A stretch of 64,000 nucleotides of DNA from Thermoanaerobaculia bacterium (GTDB lineage: Bacteria; Acidobacteriota; Thermoanaerobaculia; Multivoradales; Multivoraceae). The translations under genes were made by a program, and so were the position numbers. The stretch spans positions 3,840,001-3,904,000 of the forward strand of contig OY762911.1 of the NCBI GenBank assembly GCA_963666565.1, written 5' to 3'. Below, piece by piece: positions 18,338-33,854 of the stretch (position 1 is its first letter; every line of letters starts with the position of its first letter). The notes below the pieces were generated by a model. That model did not search any database. It was not told the DNA's origin and saw only the letters and a program-made list of their open reading frames with translations.

Positions 18338-18823
18338 ATGCAGAGAGCGGCAGTAGTAGAGTCGGACGCGACGATGACAAGGCAAGCCCTCAGGGACGTC
18401 GGTTTCGACGACAATCAGGCGCAGGCGCTGGTCGACCTGAGCGGCACCGCCGCCGAACGACGCGAACTGAAGGCCGACGTGACCACGCTCAAGGCCGACG
18501 TAGCGGTACTCAAGACCGACGTGACCGAGCTGAAGCACGGCCTCGCCAACTTCCGCACCGAGACGCGGGGCGAGTTCGCAAGACTGGACACCCGGGTCGA
18601 CAGTCTGCGAGACGAAATGAACGCCAGGTTCGGCGGCGTGGACGCGAGGTTCAAGGGCTTGGAAGACCGGATGGACGCCAGATTCGACGGCGTGGACGCG
18701 AGATTCGACGGCATGGAGAGCCGGATGAAGCTCATGCTGTGGATCATGGGAATCGGCGCGACCGTCTACACGGGCACAACGGTCTCCCTGATCTTCCTGC
18801 TCTATCGCGTCGTGGTGGCCTAA
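18338..18823 (+). CDS. CCDC90/DUF1640-like membrane-anchored coiled-coil protein
   Basis: Head LRDVGFDDNQAQALV, heptad stalk (LKADVTTLKADVAVLKTDV), DARF repeats, C-terminal TM; start may be 18374. Confidence 0.7.
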   Translation: MQRAAVVESDATMTRQALRDVGFDDNQAQALVDLSGTAAERRELKADVTTLKADVAVLKTDVTELKHGLANFRTETRGEFARLDTRVDSLRDEMNARFGGVDARFKGLEDRMDARFDGVDARFDGMESRMKLMLWIMGIGATVYTGTTVSLIFLLYRVVVA

Positions 18824-19875
18824 GCGCTCGCACCCCCTCTCCGGATCAGTCGGCGGCTCCAGGCGAAGAGTCGGCGGCTCCAGGCGAAGAGTCGGCGGCT
18901 CCAGGCGAGAAGGCCTCGCAGGATCTCGGCCGTCGCGGCCCGGTTCCTGATCAGGTTGCGGACGGTCAGGATCGACAGAAGGATTGCGACCAGCAAGACG
19001 CTCGCGAGGAGCGCGACCAGCAAGATGCTCGCGAGAATCGAGATCGCGACGAGGACGGCGAGCGCCTTCGCCACGAGGCCAACCATGCAGCCACTGGCCC
19101 TTCGCCGGCGGCGCGGTCGGCCATACCGCCGGCCGTCACGCCGGCGGTCGCGCCCGAACCAGCCGAAGCGCAGCCTGTCCAGCGTTCCACGCAGCATCGT
19201 CCTTCGGCCCGTCGGGTCGCGAAGAGCGCGCAGCCGGTCGCGGAGGGTAACGCGGCCCTTGCCAGCGAGGTCGGCCTCGTTCAACTGGTACTGGAAACGG
19301 ATGGACGTCAGGCCGTAGAGAACGCTGACGACGAACATGTAGCTCGCCGACAGGGACGATTCGAGCGCCGTGGACAGGCCGCCAACCAGGATCCCTGCAA
19401 GGATCAACAGTACGCTGCCGTCGAATCGCTTGACGGTCGCCCTGGCTATCCACTCCTCCAGGTCCGTGGCGACTTCCTCGAGGTCGGCGGCCGTCGCGGC
19501 CAGGGCCCGAATCTTCAGAGCGAAACGCTGGGCGGACTCCACCTGCTCGGACCTCGTGAGAACGAAGCCGTCTTCCATCGGCTGCCCCCGGCTGACGGCG
19601 CATGCGCGATAGCAGCGTCCGAGCAGGCTGCCAAAGCCCGCATTTCCGGGCGCCCTCGCGACGCACTCCTCGAGAATCGGCAGGGCCTCTTCCTGCCGGC
19701 CGGCGGCCAGCAGCTCGCTGCCGAGGGTCGCCTGCTCCGCGACGTCTCCGCCGTCCGTCTCCGCCGCAAGCCGCCGGGCCTCGGCCAACGGATTCCCGCC
19801 TTCAGACCCGCCGTGGTCCCGCAAGCGGCGGACATCGAGGCCGGCGCGTTCGCGTCGCTGTCGCTCCGATCTCAA
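18820..19875 (-). CDS. Hypothetical membrane protein with TPR-like N-terminus and repetitive C-terminus
   Basis: LGSELLAAGRQEEALPILEECVARAP TPR-like segment; hydrophobic segments; FAWSRRL repeats; start uncertain. Confidence 0.45.
   Translation of the reverse strand: MRSERQRRERAGLDVRRLRDHGGSEGGNPLAEARRLAAETDGGDVAEQATLGSELLAAGRQEEALPILEECVARAPGNAGFGSLLGRCYRACAVSRGQPMEDGFVLTRSEQVESAQRFALKIRALAATAADLEEVATDLEEWIARATVKRFDGSVLLILAGILVGGLSTALESSLSASYMFVVSVLYGLTSIRFQYQLNEADLAGKGRVTLRDRLRALRDPTGRRTMLRGTLDRLRFGWFGRDRRRDGRRYGRPRRRRRASGCMVGLVAKALAVLVAISILASILLVALLASVLLVAILLSILTVRNLIRNRAATAEILRGLLAWSRRLFAWSRRLFAWSRRLIRRGGASA
18848..18908. repeat. 21-bp tandem repeat, about 2.9 copies
   Basis: AGTCGGCGGCTCCAGGCGAAG at 18848, 18869 and 18890 (partial). 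Confidence 0.9.
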
Positions 19876-19972
19876 ACGACTCCGAGGGCGAGGAGCTCTC
19901 TCCTTCCCCCGCTGCGGCCCCTCCTACCGGGTCCGCTCCTGTCGCGTTTCACATGTCGGCGTCGTCCCACCT

Positions 19973-20866
19973 TCAGTCGACTCCGAAAGCGAAGAGCTTG
20001 CCCGAGGCGCCGCCGAAGAATCCGCCGTAGGCACCGACCTCCGAGGCCTGGCCGCTGTAATCGAAGAAGGCGTACTCGCCGGCGCGGAGGGTCTCCGCCT
20101 GGACCTCGCAGACGCCCGGCACCACCTCCTTGTAGTCCACCCGGCGCATCTGCTTCGGCGGCGTGCCTGCGGAACTTCCCCTCCAACTGTTGACCTTGCC
20201 GGTAACGAAGGAGCGCTGCTCCTTTCTCGGCATCGCCTCCAGGACGATCAGCAGAATCTCGGCCGGATTCGCGGCGCCGCTCGTCTGGTTCGGAACACCG
20301 GCCTGTGGCGCCTCGAAGCAGAAGTAGAACGTCGGGTCCCGGTCGGTCGTACGCACCGGCGAACGTTCCCCCCTGACCATCGCCTTCGCCTTGGTCGACT
20401 TCAGACCCCACGTCAGACCCGAGACGAGTCCGCTTCCGGCCTTCGACGAAGTCGGCTGGGTGAGTTCCAGGGCGACCAGGGACTCTCCCTCGAAGAGGAA
20501 GATCCCGGGATACTCGCAGGACGTTCCCTCAAAGTGCGCCGCCCGGCCGGCAGCCGTCGACCCGCTTTCTCCGGACACGCCGTCGGAGCTCGGCGCGGCC
20601 GGAGCATTCGCGCTGACCATCGCCTCCAGAATCTCGGGTGCGATCTCCGCCTCACTCAACGCCAGCAGGGTGTCGACCGAGGTCTCGAAGTCGGTGGAGG
20701 AACTCTGGATCTTGGCGACGATCACGGCTGCAGGCAGTCCGGCCTGCGCCATGCGGACGATGTCGTCGTTGGTCAACACGTCGCCGGCCTCCTGACCGGC
20801 CGCCGGCCACGCAGCGAGGCCGATGAGGAGCAGACCAGCGGGAAGGAGCGAAAAGGTTCTCTTCAT
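19973..20866 (-). CDS. Secreted hypothetical protein
   Basis: SD AAGGAGA; signal peptide MKRTFSLL...AAG-Q; LTNDDIVRMAQAGLPAAVIVAKI small helical domain; beta-rich C-domain (GEYAFF...KLFAFGVD). Confidence 0.8.
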   Translation of the reverse strand: MKRTFSLLPAGLLLIGLAAWPAAGQEAGDVLTNDDIVRMAQAGLPAAVIVAKIQSSSTDFETSVDTLLALSEAEIAPEILEAMVSANAPAAPSSDGVSGESGSTAAGRAAHFEGTSCEYPGIFLFEGESLVALELTQPTSSKAGSGLVSGLTWGLKSTKAKAMVRGERSPVRTTDRDPTFYFCFEAPQAGVPNQTSGAANPAEILLIVLEAMPRKEQRSFVTGKVNSWRGSSAGTPPKQMRRVDYKEVVPGVCEVQAETLRAGEYAFFDYSGQASEVGAYGGFFGGASGKLFAFGVD

Positions 20867-21018
20867 GACGTCTCCTTGATTGACATGGATGCGGTCATTG
20901 TAAGCGCCCGGTCGAGTGCCGGCCACGACCCAAATGGTACGCTTCGTACGGATGCCGCAGCCACACCGGCTGCGTCACGGCTCGCCTACAGCCGCCGGCG
21001 CTGGCGCAAGATCGCCCG

Positions 21019-25683
<4,665 letters not shown>

Positions 25684-25694
25684 GCCAACCGCCT

Positions 25695-25731
25695 ATTCTA
25701 ACCCGTCGATTGACGGTAAAGCGCCGTCAAT
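25695..25731 (-). promoter_or_regulatory. Putative -10 box plus operator palindrome upstream of the carboxylase
   Basis: TAGAAT on the minus strand (25700-25695); inverted repeat ATTGACGG-N7-CCGTCAAT (25709-25731). Confidence 0.45.
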
Positions 25732-25780
25732 GTGGAACTTGTCCGCCGCGAGGGCTATTCCGCCGCGGCCCTGACCAGGC

Positions 25781-26704
25781 TCAGTTTCCGCGTTCCTCCG
25801 CCCTGGTCGGGCCGATCTCCTGCAGCGTCGCCAGACTGGGCGCGACCATGACCCGCGCCGCCGTCTCCTCGTAGGCCGCGTACATTTCCGGCAGCTTCTC
25901 CCGCAGCTCCTCTTGGTCGCGGATCGTCCACTCCTCCTCCCACACCGGGCCGTAGGGCGCCTGGAGGTTCCAGGCCGTCGTGATGAACCAGTACGCGAAC
26001 TCCTGCATCTGGACCCGGAACCGGACCTCCCCGTCTTCGATGTCGAGGTACTGGTCGACCTGGTACCAGCCCTCGTCCGCGGCCTTCGCCATCGCCCGCG
26101 CGAGTTCCGAGTCCTCGGCGATGCCCCAGACCTCCGGGAACGTGTAGTGCAGGCCGATGTCCGTCACGTAGTGGAGGATGTGCTCGACCACCTCCATCAC
26201 CTGACCCTCGGGCACGTCCTGCATGATCACGTCGCACACCGAGTTTTCGCGCTCGATCGCCGCCCACCGTTCGTCGGTCTCGTCCATGAAGCTGTAGTCG
26301 AAACCGAGCGGTACCGGAATCAGGGCGTTGTAGCGATAGTGGTTCGCGAGCAGTTCGCGCTGGAGATCCGCGTCGAGCCCGGCGTCCCGCGGGAACGACT
26401 CGGCGATCGTCTTCGCGACAAGGCGCATGTAGTCGTCCGAGATGTCGTCGCGGGCGGCGAGCTTGAGGCCGTACACCTGCAGTTCCTTGCTGAACGGCGG
26501 TATGGCATCCGTGCGCACCACGTCGCCGTGCCGGTACACGTCCTCGGGGACATCGCCGATGGGCGACAGCAGGATGCAGTCGCCGAGGTGGGTGGGTGCG
26601 GTATCGGCTGACGCGACTCCACCGGCATCGGCATCTTCTCGGCCACCGCACGCCACGATCAAGAGCAGCAGCGGCAGGAAAGCGAACGGGAATCGTCTGT
26701 TCAT
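25781..26704 (-). CDS. Lipoprotein, possible zinc-metallopeptidase-like fold
   Basis: SD GGAGGT; lipobox IVAC; VVEHILHYV and downstream QEFAYW. Confidence 0.7.
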   Translation of the reverse strand: MNRRFPFAFLPLLLLIVACGGREDADAGGVASADTAPTHLGDCILLSPIGDVPEDVYRHGDVVRTDAIPPFSKELQVYGLKLAARDDISDDYMRLVAKTIAESFPRDAGLDADLQRELLANHYRYNALIPVPLGFDYSFMDETDERWAAIERENSVCDVIMQDVPEGQVMEVVEHILHYVTDIGLHYTFPEVWGIAEDSELARAMAKAADEGWYQVDQYLDIEDGEVRFRVQMQEFAYWFITTAWNLQAPYGPVWEEEWTIRDQEELREKLPEMYAAYEETAARVMVAPSLATLQEIGPTRAEERGN

Positions 26705-26865
26705 CGGCCACCTCCAGGCAAGAAGGGTGAGTCTACGAGACAACCGGTGGTAGCTTCGCCTCAAGACGACGCATCGGACTGCCGCCCACACCAGGGAAAC
26801 GCCGAGTCCGATCATCTTGACCCCAGGAACGCCTCGTGCGTCCCTGGACCTCTTCGGGGCTCCGC

Positions 26866-27741
26866 ATGCTCGGCAACGATCCGGCTCACGGGCGCCGCCA
26901 CTTCTTACCCCAGATCGTCGGATCCTTCGCCGACCCGGCGGCCGAGAACCCGACCGTCGAGATGGTCGAGGCGGCGTTCCGTCACCATGGCCTGCACTGG
27001 CGCTACCTGAACTGCGAAGTGCCGGCGGACCGGCTGGCGGAGGCGGTGGGCGGCGCCCGCGCGATGGGCTGGGCCGGGTTCAATTGCTCGCTGCCGCACA
27101 AGGTCGCGGTGATCGAGCACCTCGACGGGCTGGGCGAGTCGGCGCGGTTGATCGGGGCGGTCAACTGTGTCGTCCGCGACAGCGACGGCACGTTCATCGG
27201 CGAGAACACGGACGGCAAGGGCTTCCTTCGGTCGCTCGAGCAGGTGACGCCGGCGGCGGGCAAGCGGGTCGCGATCTTCGGGGCCGGCGGCGCCGCGCGG
27301 GCGATCGCGGTCGAACTCGCGCTCGCGGGCGCGGCCGAGATCACGATCGTCAACCGTGCCCTCGAGCGAGGCCAAGGACTGGCACGGCACATCGCTAGCC
27401 ACACGGCAACCCGGGCCCGGTTCGAGCAATGGCGCGGCGCCTACCGACTGGCCGCGGAAGTCGACGTGGCGATCAACGCCACCTCCATCGGCCTGTTCCC
27501 GGACGTGGACGCCGAACTGCCGCTCGACCTCGACTCGCTCCGGCCCGCCATGGTGGTCGCCGACGTCATTCCGAACCCGCCCAGGACCCGCCTGCTCGAC
27601 GCGGCCGCAGCGCGCGGCTGCACCGTGCTCGACGGCCTCGGCATGCTGGTCAACCAGGGAGTGAGCGGGATCCGCTACTGGACCGGAGTCGAGGTGGATG
27701 CCCGCGTCATGCGCGCCCGCCTGGAAGCGATCTTCGGCTGA
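26866..27741 (+). CDS. aroE: Shikimate dehydrogenase family protein
   Basis: GFNCSLPHK, IGAVNC, GENTDGKG, GAGGAARA, NATSIG, DGLGMLVNQG. Confidence 0.88.
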   Translation: MLGNDPAHGRRHFLPQIVGSFADPAAENPTVEMVEAAFRHHGLHWRYLNCEVPADRLAEAVGGARAMGWAGFNCSLPHKVAVIEHLDGLGESARLIGAVNCVVRDSDGTFIGENTDGKGFLRSLEQVTPAAGKRVAIFGAGGAARAIAVELALAGAAEITIVNRALERGQGLARHIASHTATRARFEQWRGAYRLAAEVDVAINATSIGLFPDVDAELPLDLDSLRPAMVVADVIPNPPRTRLLDAAAARGCTVLDGLGMLVNQGVSGIRYWTGVEVDARVMRARLEAIFG

Positions 27742-27862
27742 AGCCGGTCGAGCGGCACGGCGCCGGAATCAGGACGCCGAACGGGTCATGCGCGCTCGCC
27801 TGGAGGCGATCTTCGGCTGAAGCCGGTCGAGCAGCACCGCGGCGAGAATCAGAGCCCCGAAC
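27706..27862. repeat. Imperfect 79-bp tandem duplication spanning the convergent 3' ends of aroE and the permease
   Basis: GTCATGCGCGCYCGCCTGGARGCGATCTTCGGCTGAAGCCGGTCGAGC... at 27706 and 27785. Confidence 0.85.
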
Positions 27863-29181
27863 ACGACCTTCTGCTCGTAGGAGGCCACGCCCGCGATGTT
27901 CAGCCCGTTCTGGATGACGGCGATGATCATCGCGCCGATCAGCGTCCCCGCGATGCGGCCGCGGCCGCCCGCCAGGCTCGCGCCGCCGACGACCACGGCG
28001 GCGATCACCTGCAGCTCGTAGAGCTCGCCGGCGTTCGGCCGTCCGCCCTCGAAGCGCGAGGCGTCAACCATCCCGGCCAGGCCCGCGAACGCTCCGCACA
28101 GGCAGTAGACGGCGAGGAGCACGGCGGTCACCGGCACGCCCGACAGGCGCGCCGCCTCGACGTTGCCGCCGACAGCGTAGACGTAGCGTCCGAACATCGT
28201 CCGCGTCATCAGCAGGTGAGCGGCGACGAACAGGACAAGCATGAGCACGATGGGGTTCGGCACGCCGAGCACGGCGCCGTTGCCGAGCCAGGCGAAGGCC
28301 GCCGCGTCGACCCGCACCGCCTCCGGCGTCCCCTCGGCGCCGCCGCCCGACAGGCGCCGCTGATGACCGACGGCGAGAATCAGGGCCAGGCCGCGCGCCA
28401 GCATCATCAGGCCCAGGGTGGCGACGAACGGCGGCACCCGGAACGCGGTGACCATCGTGCCGCTCAGGAGACCCCCCAGGGCCGCGGCCGCGACGCCCAG
28501 GAGCATCGCCGCCGCCAGGAGCCCGGCCGGCGAGGCCGCGGCGCCTCCGAACCACTCCTGCGCCGCCACCGCCGCGATCACGCCGGCCAGCGCCAGCAGG
28601 CTGCCGACCGAGAGATCGATTCCCGCGGTCAGGATGACCAACGTCATGCCGAGCGCGATGATCGCGATGTCCGCGTTCTGGTTCACCACGTTGAGCAGGT
28701 TGCGGGCGGTCAGGAACGTCGGCCACCGGTAGCTCCGGGGCGCGAACACGCGCACGCCGGCGGTTCGCACCGGCCCCCACTCGGACGCGATCCGATGGGT
28801 GGCGATCGCATCGAGGGAACCGCCGGCTCCGGCGATCCGCTCCAGTTCGAGCCGCACGTCGCGCGGCTGGCCCAACGCGCGGCCGGCGATCCGGACTCCG
28901 GCGGCGTCGAGGCCCCGCTCGATCGCCTGCGCGAACACCCGGTCGGCCTCCGTGTCCCGCGCCACGACGAGCACGGAGCATGGCGCCGGGCACGCCTCCA
29001 GCACCTGCCGCGCGACCGCGCCGCCCGAACGACTCGTGATCGGGTTCTGCTCGCGCCAGGTCGCCGCGCTCGAGATCAGGCAGAGCAGGACCAGCACGAC
29101 GACCGAGAGGTTCCGGCCCAGCAGGTCCAGCAACCGGCGGCGCCACCGGCCGGCGGCGGACTCCCCGGTCCCTTCAGGCAA
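27769..29181 (-). CDS. Sugar ABC transporter permease (RbsC-like) with extra N-terminal soluble domain
   Basis: GMTLVILTAGIDLSVG, VPPFVATLG, FGRYVYAVGGNVEAARLSG, YELQVIAAVVVGG; TTG start with SD GGAGGAG, adjacent to the ATPase stop. Confidence 0.9.
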   Translation of the reverse strand: MPEGTGESAAGRWRRRLLDLLGRNLSVVVLVLLCLISSAATWREQNPITSRSGGAVARQVLEACPAPCSVLVVARDTEADRVFAQAIERGLDAAGVRIAGRALGQPRDVRLELERIAGAGGSLDAIATHRIASEWGPVRTAGVRVFAPRSYRWPTFLTARNLLNVVNQNADIAIIALGMTLVILTAGIDLSVGSLLALAGVIAAVAAQEWFGGAAASPAGLLAAAMLLGVAAAALGGLLSGTMVTAFRVPPFVATLGLMMLARGLALILAVGHQRRLSGGGAEGTPEAVRVDAAAFAWLGNGAVLGVPNPIVLMLVLFVAAHLLMTRTMFGRYVYAVGGNVEAARLSGVPVTAVLLAVYCLCGAFAGLAGMVDASRFEGGRPNAGELYELQVIAAVVVGGASLAGGRGRIAGTLIGAMIIAVIQNGLNIAGVASYEQKVVFGALILAAVLLDRLQPKIASRRARMTRSAS

Positions 29182-30772
29182 CGGAAGACTCCTCCGCAAG
29201 GCCGATGCCGGCGGCGATCCGCAACACCCCGGCGGGGTCGGCGCGCGCCGGATCCGGGATCTCGCCCCGGATGCGCCCCTCGTGCATGACCAGCACCCGG
29301 TCGCTCATGCCGAGAACCTCCTCCAGTTCCGAGCTGATCAGAAGCACGGACTTGCCTTCCGACGCGATCCGGCGGATCCACTCGTAGATCTCGTAGCGGG
29401 CCCCGACGTCGATGCCCCGGGTCGGCTCGTCGCAGAGAACGACCTTGGCGCCGCGCTCCAGCCATCTGGCGATCACGACCTTCTGCTGGTTGCCGCCGGA
29501 GAGCGTCGCCGCCCGCTGGCCGGGCCGGGCAAGCCGTATGTCCAGTTGCTCCCGCCAGCGGCCGAAGGCGAGCCCCTCGCGACGGCGATCGACGAGGCCG
29601 CGCCAGCGCCGGAAGCGGTCCAGGTTGGGAAGCGCGAAGTTGTCCCGCGCGCTCCGGCTCAGCACGAGGCCCTGGCCCCGGCGATCCTCCGGCAGCAGGC
29701 AGATGCCGCTCCGGATCGCCCGCCGCGGCGACCGGAGGTCGAGCCGCTCGCCGTCGAGCCGGACCTCGCCGCCGTCGGGCGCCATGGCGCCGGCGATCAT
29801 CAGCGCCACCTCGGTCCGGCCCGCGCCCACCAGGCCGGCGAGTCCCAGAACCTCGCCGCGACGGATGTCGAAGGAGACGCCCTGGACCCGGCGACCGGCC
29901 GACAGCCCCCGGACTTCGAGCCGCGTCTCGCCGATCACCCGCGGGCGCCGAGGCGGAAACTCCGCGCTCAGACTGCGGCCGACCATGGCCTGGATCAACT
30001 CGTCGCGGTCCAGGGGCAGGCGGCCGTCGCCGCCGCCGGCCGGGCGGCGCCGGTCGATCTCGTCGCGGTCAGGGGCCAGGAGACCATCGCCGCGACTGCC
30101 CTGCCCACGCCGGTCGATGCCGTGTACCAGTTCGCCGTCGCGGAGCACGGCGACCCGGTCGGCGACCGCCTCGATCTCCTCGAGGCGGTGGCTGATGTAG
30201 ATCGCGGCAGCGCCGCGGCGCGCCACTCCCCGCACCTGGCGCAGCAAGGCCCGCGCCTCGCGCGGCGACAGCGCCGCCGTCGGCTCGTCCAGGACCAGCA
30301 GCCGGGGTTCGAGCGCCAGGGCCTTCGCGATCTCGACCGCCTGGCGGGCGCCGAGCGAAAGCTCCGAGCAGCGGGCATCGGGATCGATGTCCATCTCCAG
30401 CAGGCCGAGCAGACGCCGTGCCTCTCGCTCCTCCCAACGCCGGCGCACGAGCCCCCGCCTGGACCAGCCGGCGCCGAGGAAGAGGTTCTCGCGCACGCTC
30501 AGTTGCGGCACCAGGCTCAGTTCCTGGTGGATCACCGCGATTCCCCGTTCGCGCGCGTCGGCCGGCGACGCGAACGCCGCGGCCTCGCCCTCGAACTCCA
30601 TCCGGCCGCCGTCCGGCCGCTCGGCGCCCGAGACGATCCGGATCAGCGTGCTCTTGCCGGCGCCGTTCTCGCCGACCAGGCCCAGCACCTCCCCGGCGCG
30701 CACCGCCAGACTCACCCCGCGAAGGGCGCGAACGCCCGGGTAGCTCTTGCCGATCCGATGGAGTTCGAGCAA
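29174..30772 (-). CDS. Sugar ABC transporter ATP-binding protein (RbsA-like, two NBDs)
   Basis: GENGAGKSTL, LDEPTAAL, ISHRLEE, LSGGNQQKV, DEPTRGIDVGA, ISSELEE; start approximate. Confidence 0.92.
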   Translation of the reverse strand: MLELHRIGKSYPGVRALRGVSLAVRAGEVLGLVGENGAGKSTLIRIVSGAERPDGGRMEFEGEAAAFASPADARERGIAVIHQELSLVPQLSVRENLFLGAGWSRRGLVRRRWEEREARRLLGLLEMDIDPDARCSELSLGARQAVEIAKALALEPRLLVLDEPTAALSPREARALLRQVRGVARRGAAAIYISHRLEEIEAVADRVAVLRDGELVHGIDRRGQGSRGDGLLAPDRDEIDRRRPAGGGDGRLPLDRDELIQAMVGRSLSAEFPPRRPRVIGETRLEVRGLSAGRRVQGVSFDIRRGEVLGLAGLVGAGRTEVALMIAGAMAPDGGEVRLDGERLDLRSPRRAIRSGICLLPEDRRGQGLVLSRSARDNFALPNLDRFRRWRGLVDRRREGLAFGRWREQLDIRLARPGQRAATLSGGNQQKVVIARWLERGAKVVLCDEPTRGIDVGARYEIYEWIRRIASEGKSVLLISSELEEVLGMSDRVLVMHEGRIRGEIPDPARADPAGVLRIAAGIGLAEESSVA

Positions 30773-30795
30773 GTGACCGCCGGGAGGCCCGCGCC

Positions 30796-31785
30796 TCAGT
30801 CGAGCGTCTCGTCCCGCTCGGCGTCGGCCTGCCGGTAGAGCTCCGTCGGGATCAGGTGGACGCGCTCGAAGTCCTCGCCGTCGAGGTAGCTCACGATGTT
30901 CCGCACCGTCATGACGCCCATCCGATCCGGGTACTGGATCGGATCGGCGTAGATCTTCCCCTCCCGGATCGCCCGGCGGCCCGCGATCTCGCCGTCGAAG
31001 CCGACGATCCTGACCTGGTCCGCGCGCCCCGCCTGCTCGAGCGCTGTGCGCGCGCCCAGGGCCGAGGGATCGTTGATCGCGAACACGCCGGCAAGGTCCG
31101 GGTGGGCCTGGATGCCGTCCGCCATCGCCCGGTAGCCCTCGTCGCGCAGGCCGCCGCCCTCGAGTTCGGCCACGATCTCGATCCGGCCCTCGGTCCGGCC
31201 GCGGTTGTACTCGCCGATCGCGTGGCGGAAGCCGTCCACCCGCAGGACGCAGGAGTTGGCCTGCTTGAAGTGCAGCACCAGCACCTGGCCGCCGGCCTCG
31301 CCGAGCGCCTCGATCATCGCTTCGCCGGCGAGCAGCCCGCCCTGGTAGTTGTCGGTGCCGACGTGACCGGCGATCTCGACGCCCTCGGCGACGGCCTGGA
31401 GGTCGGACGTGAACACCGGCACCCCCGCTTCGTTCGCCCGCCGCACCGCGGGACCGATGGCGATCCGGTCCACCGGGTTGAGCACGATCGCGGCGACGCC
31501 GGAAGCCAGGAAGTTGTCGACCTGCTGCGACTGCCGGTTCACGTCGCGCTCGGCATCGGTGACCACGACGTCGAAGCCGTGGAGCTCGGCCTCGGCGGTG
31601 AGACTGTCGGCGACGATCTTGAAGAACGGATTCTTGAGCGTCATCGCCGAGAAGCCGATCGTTCCCCGGGCGACGCTGCCGCTGCCTTCGTCCGGACCCG
31701 CGTCGCCGCCACAGGCGGCGAGCGCGAAGACGAGCGCTGCCGCAGGACTCCAGTTCGCCGTCCGCTTCACGATCCCTTCCCCCAT
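30796..31785 (-). CDS. Sugar ABC transporter substrate-binding lipoprotein (RbsB-like)
   Basis: Lipobox LAAC; TLKNPFF, VGTDNYQGG, FAINDPSALG, IVGFDG. Confidence 0.9.
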   Translation of the reverse strand: MGEGIVKRTANWSPAAALVFALAACGGDAGPDEGSGSVARGTIGFSAMTLKNPFFKIVADSLTAEAELHGFDVVVTDAERDVNRQSQQVDNFLASGVAAIVLNPVDRIAIGPAVRRANEAGVPVFTSDLQAVAEGVEIAGHVGTDNYQGGLLAGEAMIEALGEAGGQVLVLHFKQANSCVLRVDGFRHAIGEYNRGRTEGRIEIVAELEGGGLRDEGYRAMADGIQAHPDLAGVFAINDPSALGARTALEQAGRADQVRIVGFDGEIAGRRAIREGKIYADPIQYPDRMGVMTVRNIVSYLDGEDFERVHLIPTELYRQADAERDETLD

Positions 31786-31938
31786 CGCTTCGACCTCCCT
31801 CGACATCCTGGCAACCTGAACCTCGGATTGTGCCACGCAACCCGGAGGGGCGAGGCGGCGCGCCTGTCGGGCGTGCCGGCGACCGCGACGAGCATGAGCA
31901 GGACGGTCCCGCACGCCGGGCCGGATAGAGTCACGCCG

Positions 31939-33831
<1,893 letters not shown>

Positions 33832-33854
33832 CCGCCGCCAGCGCGGGCACCGCA

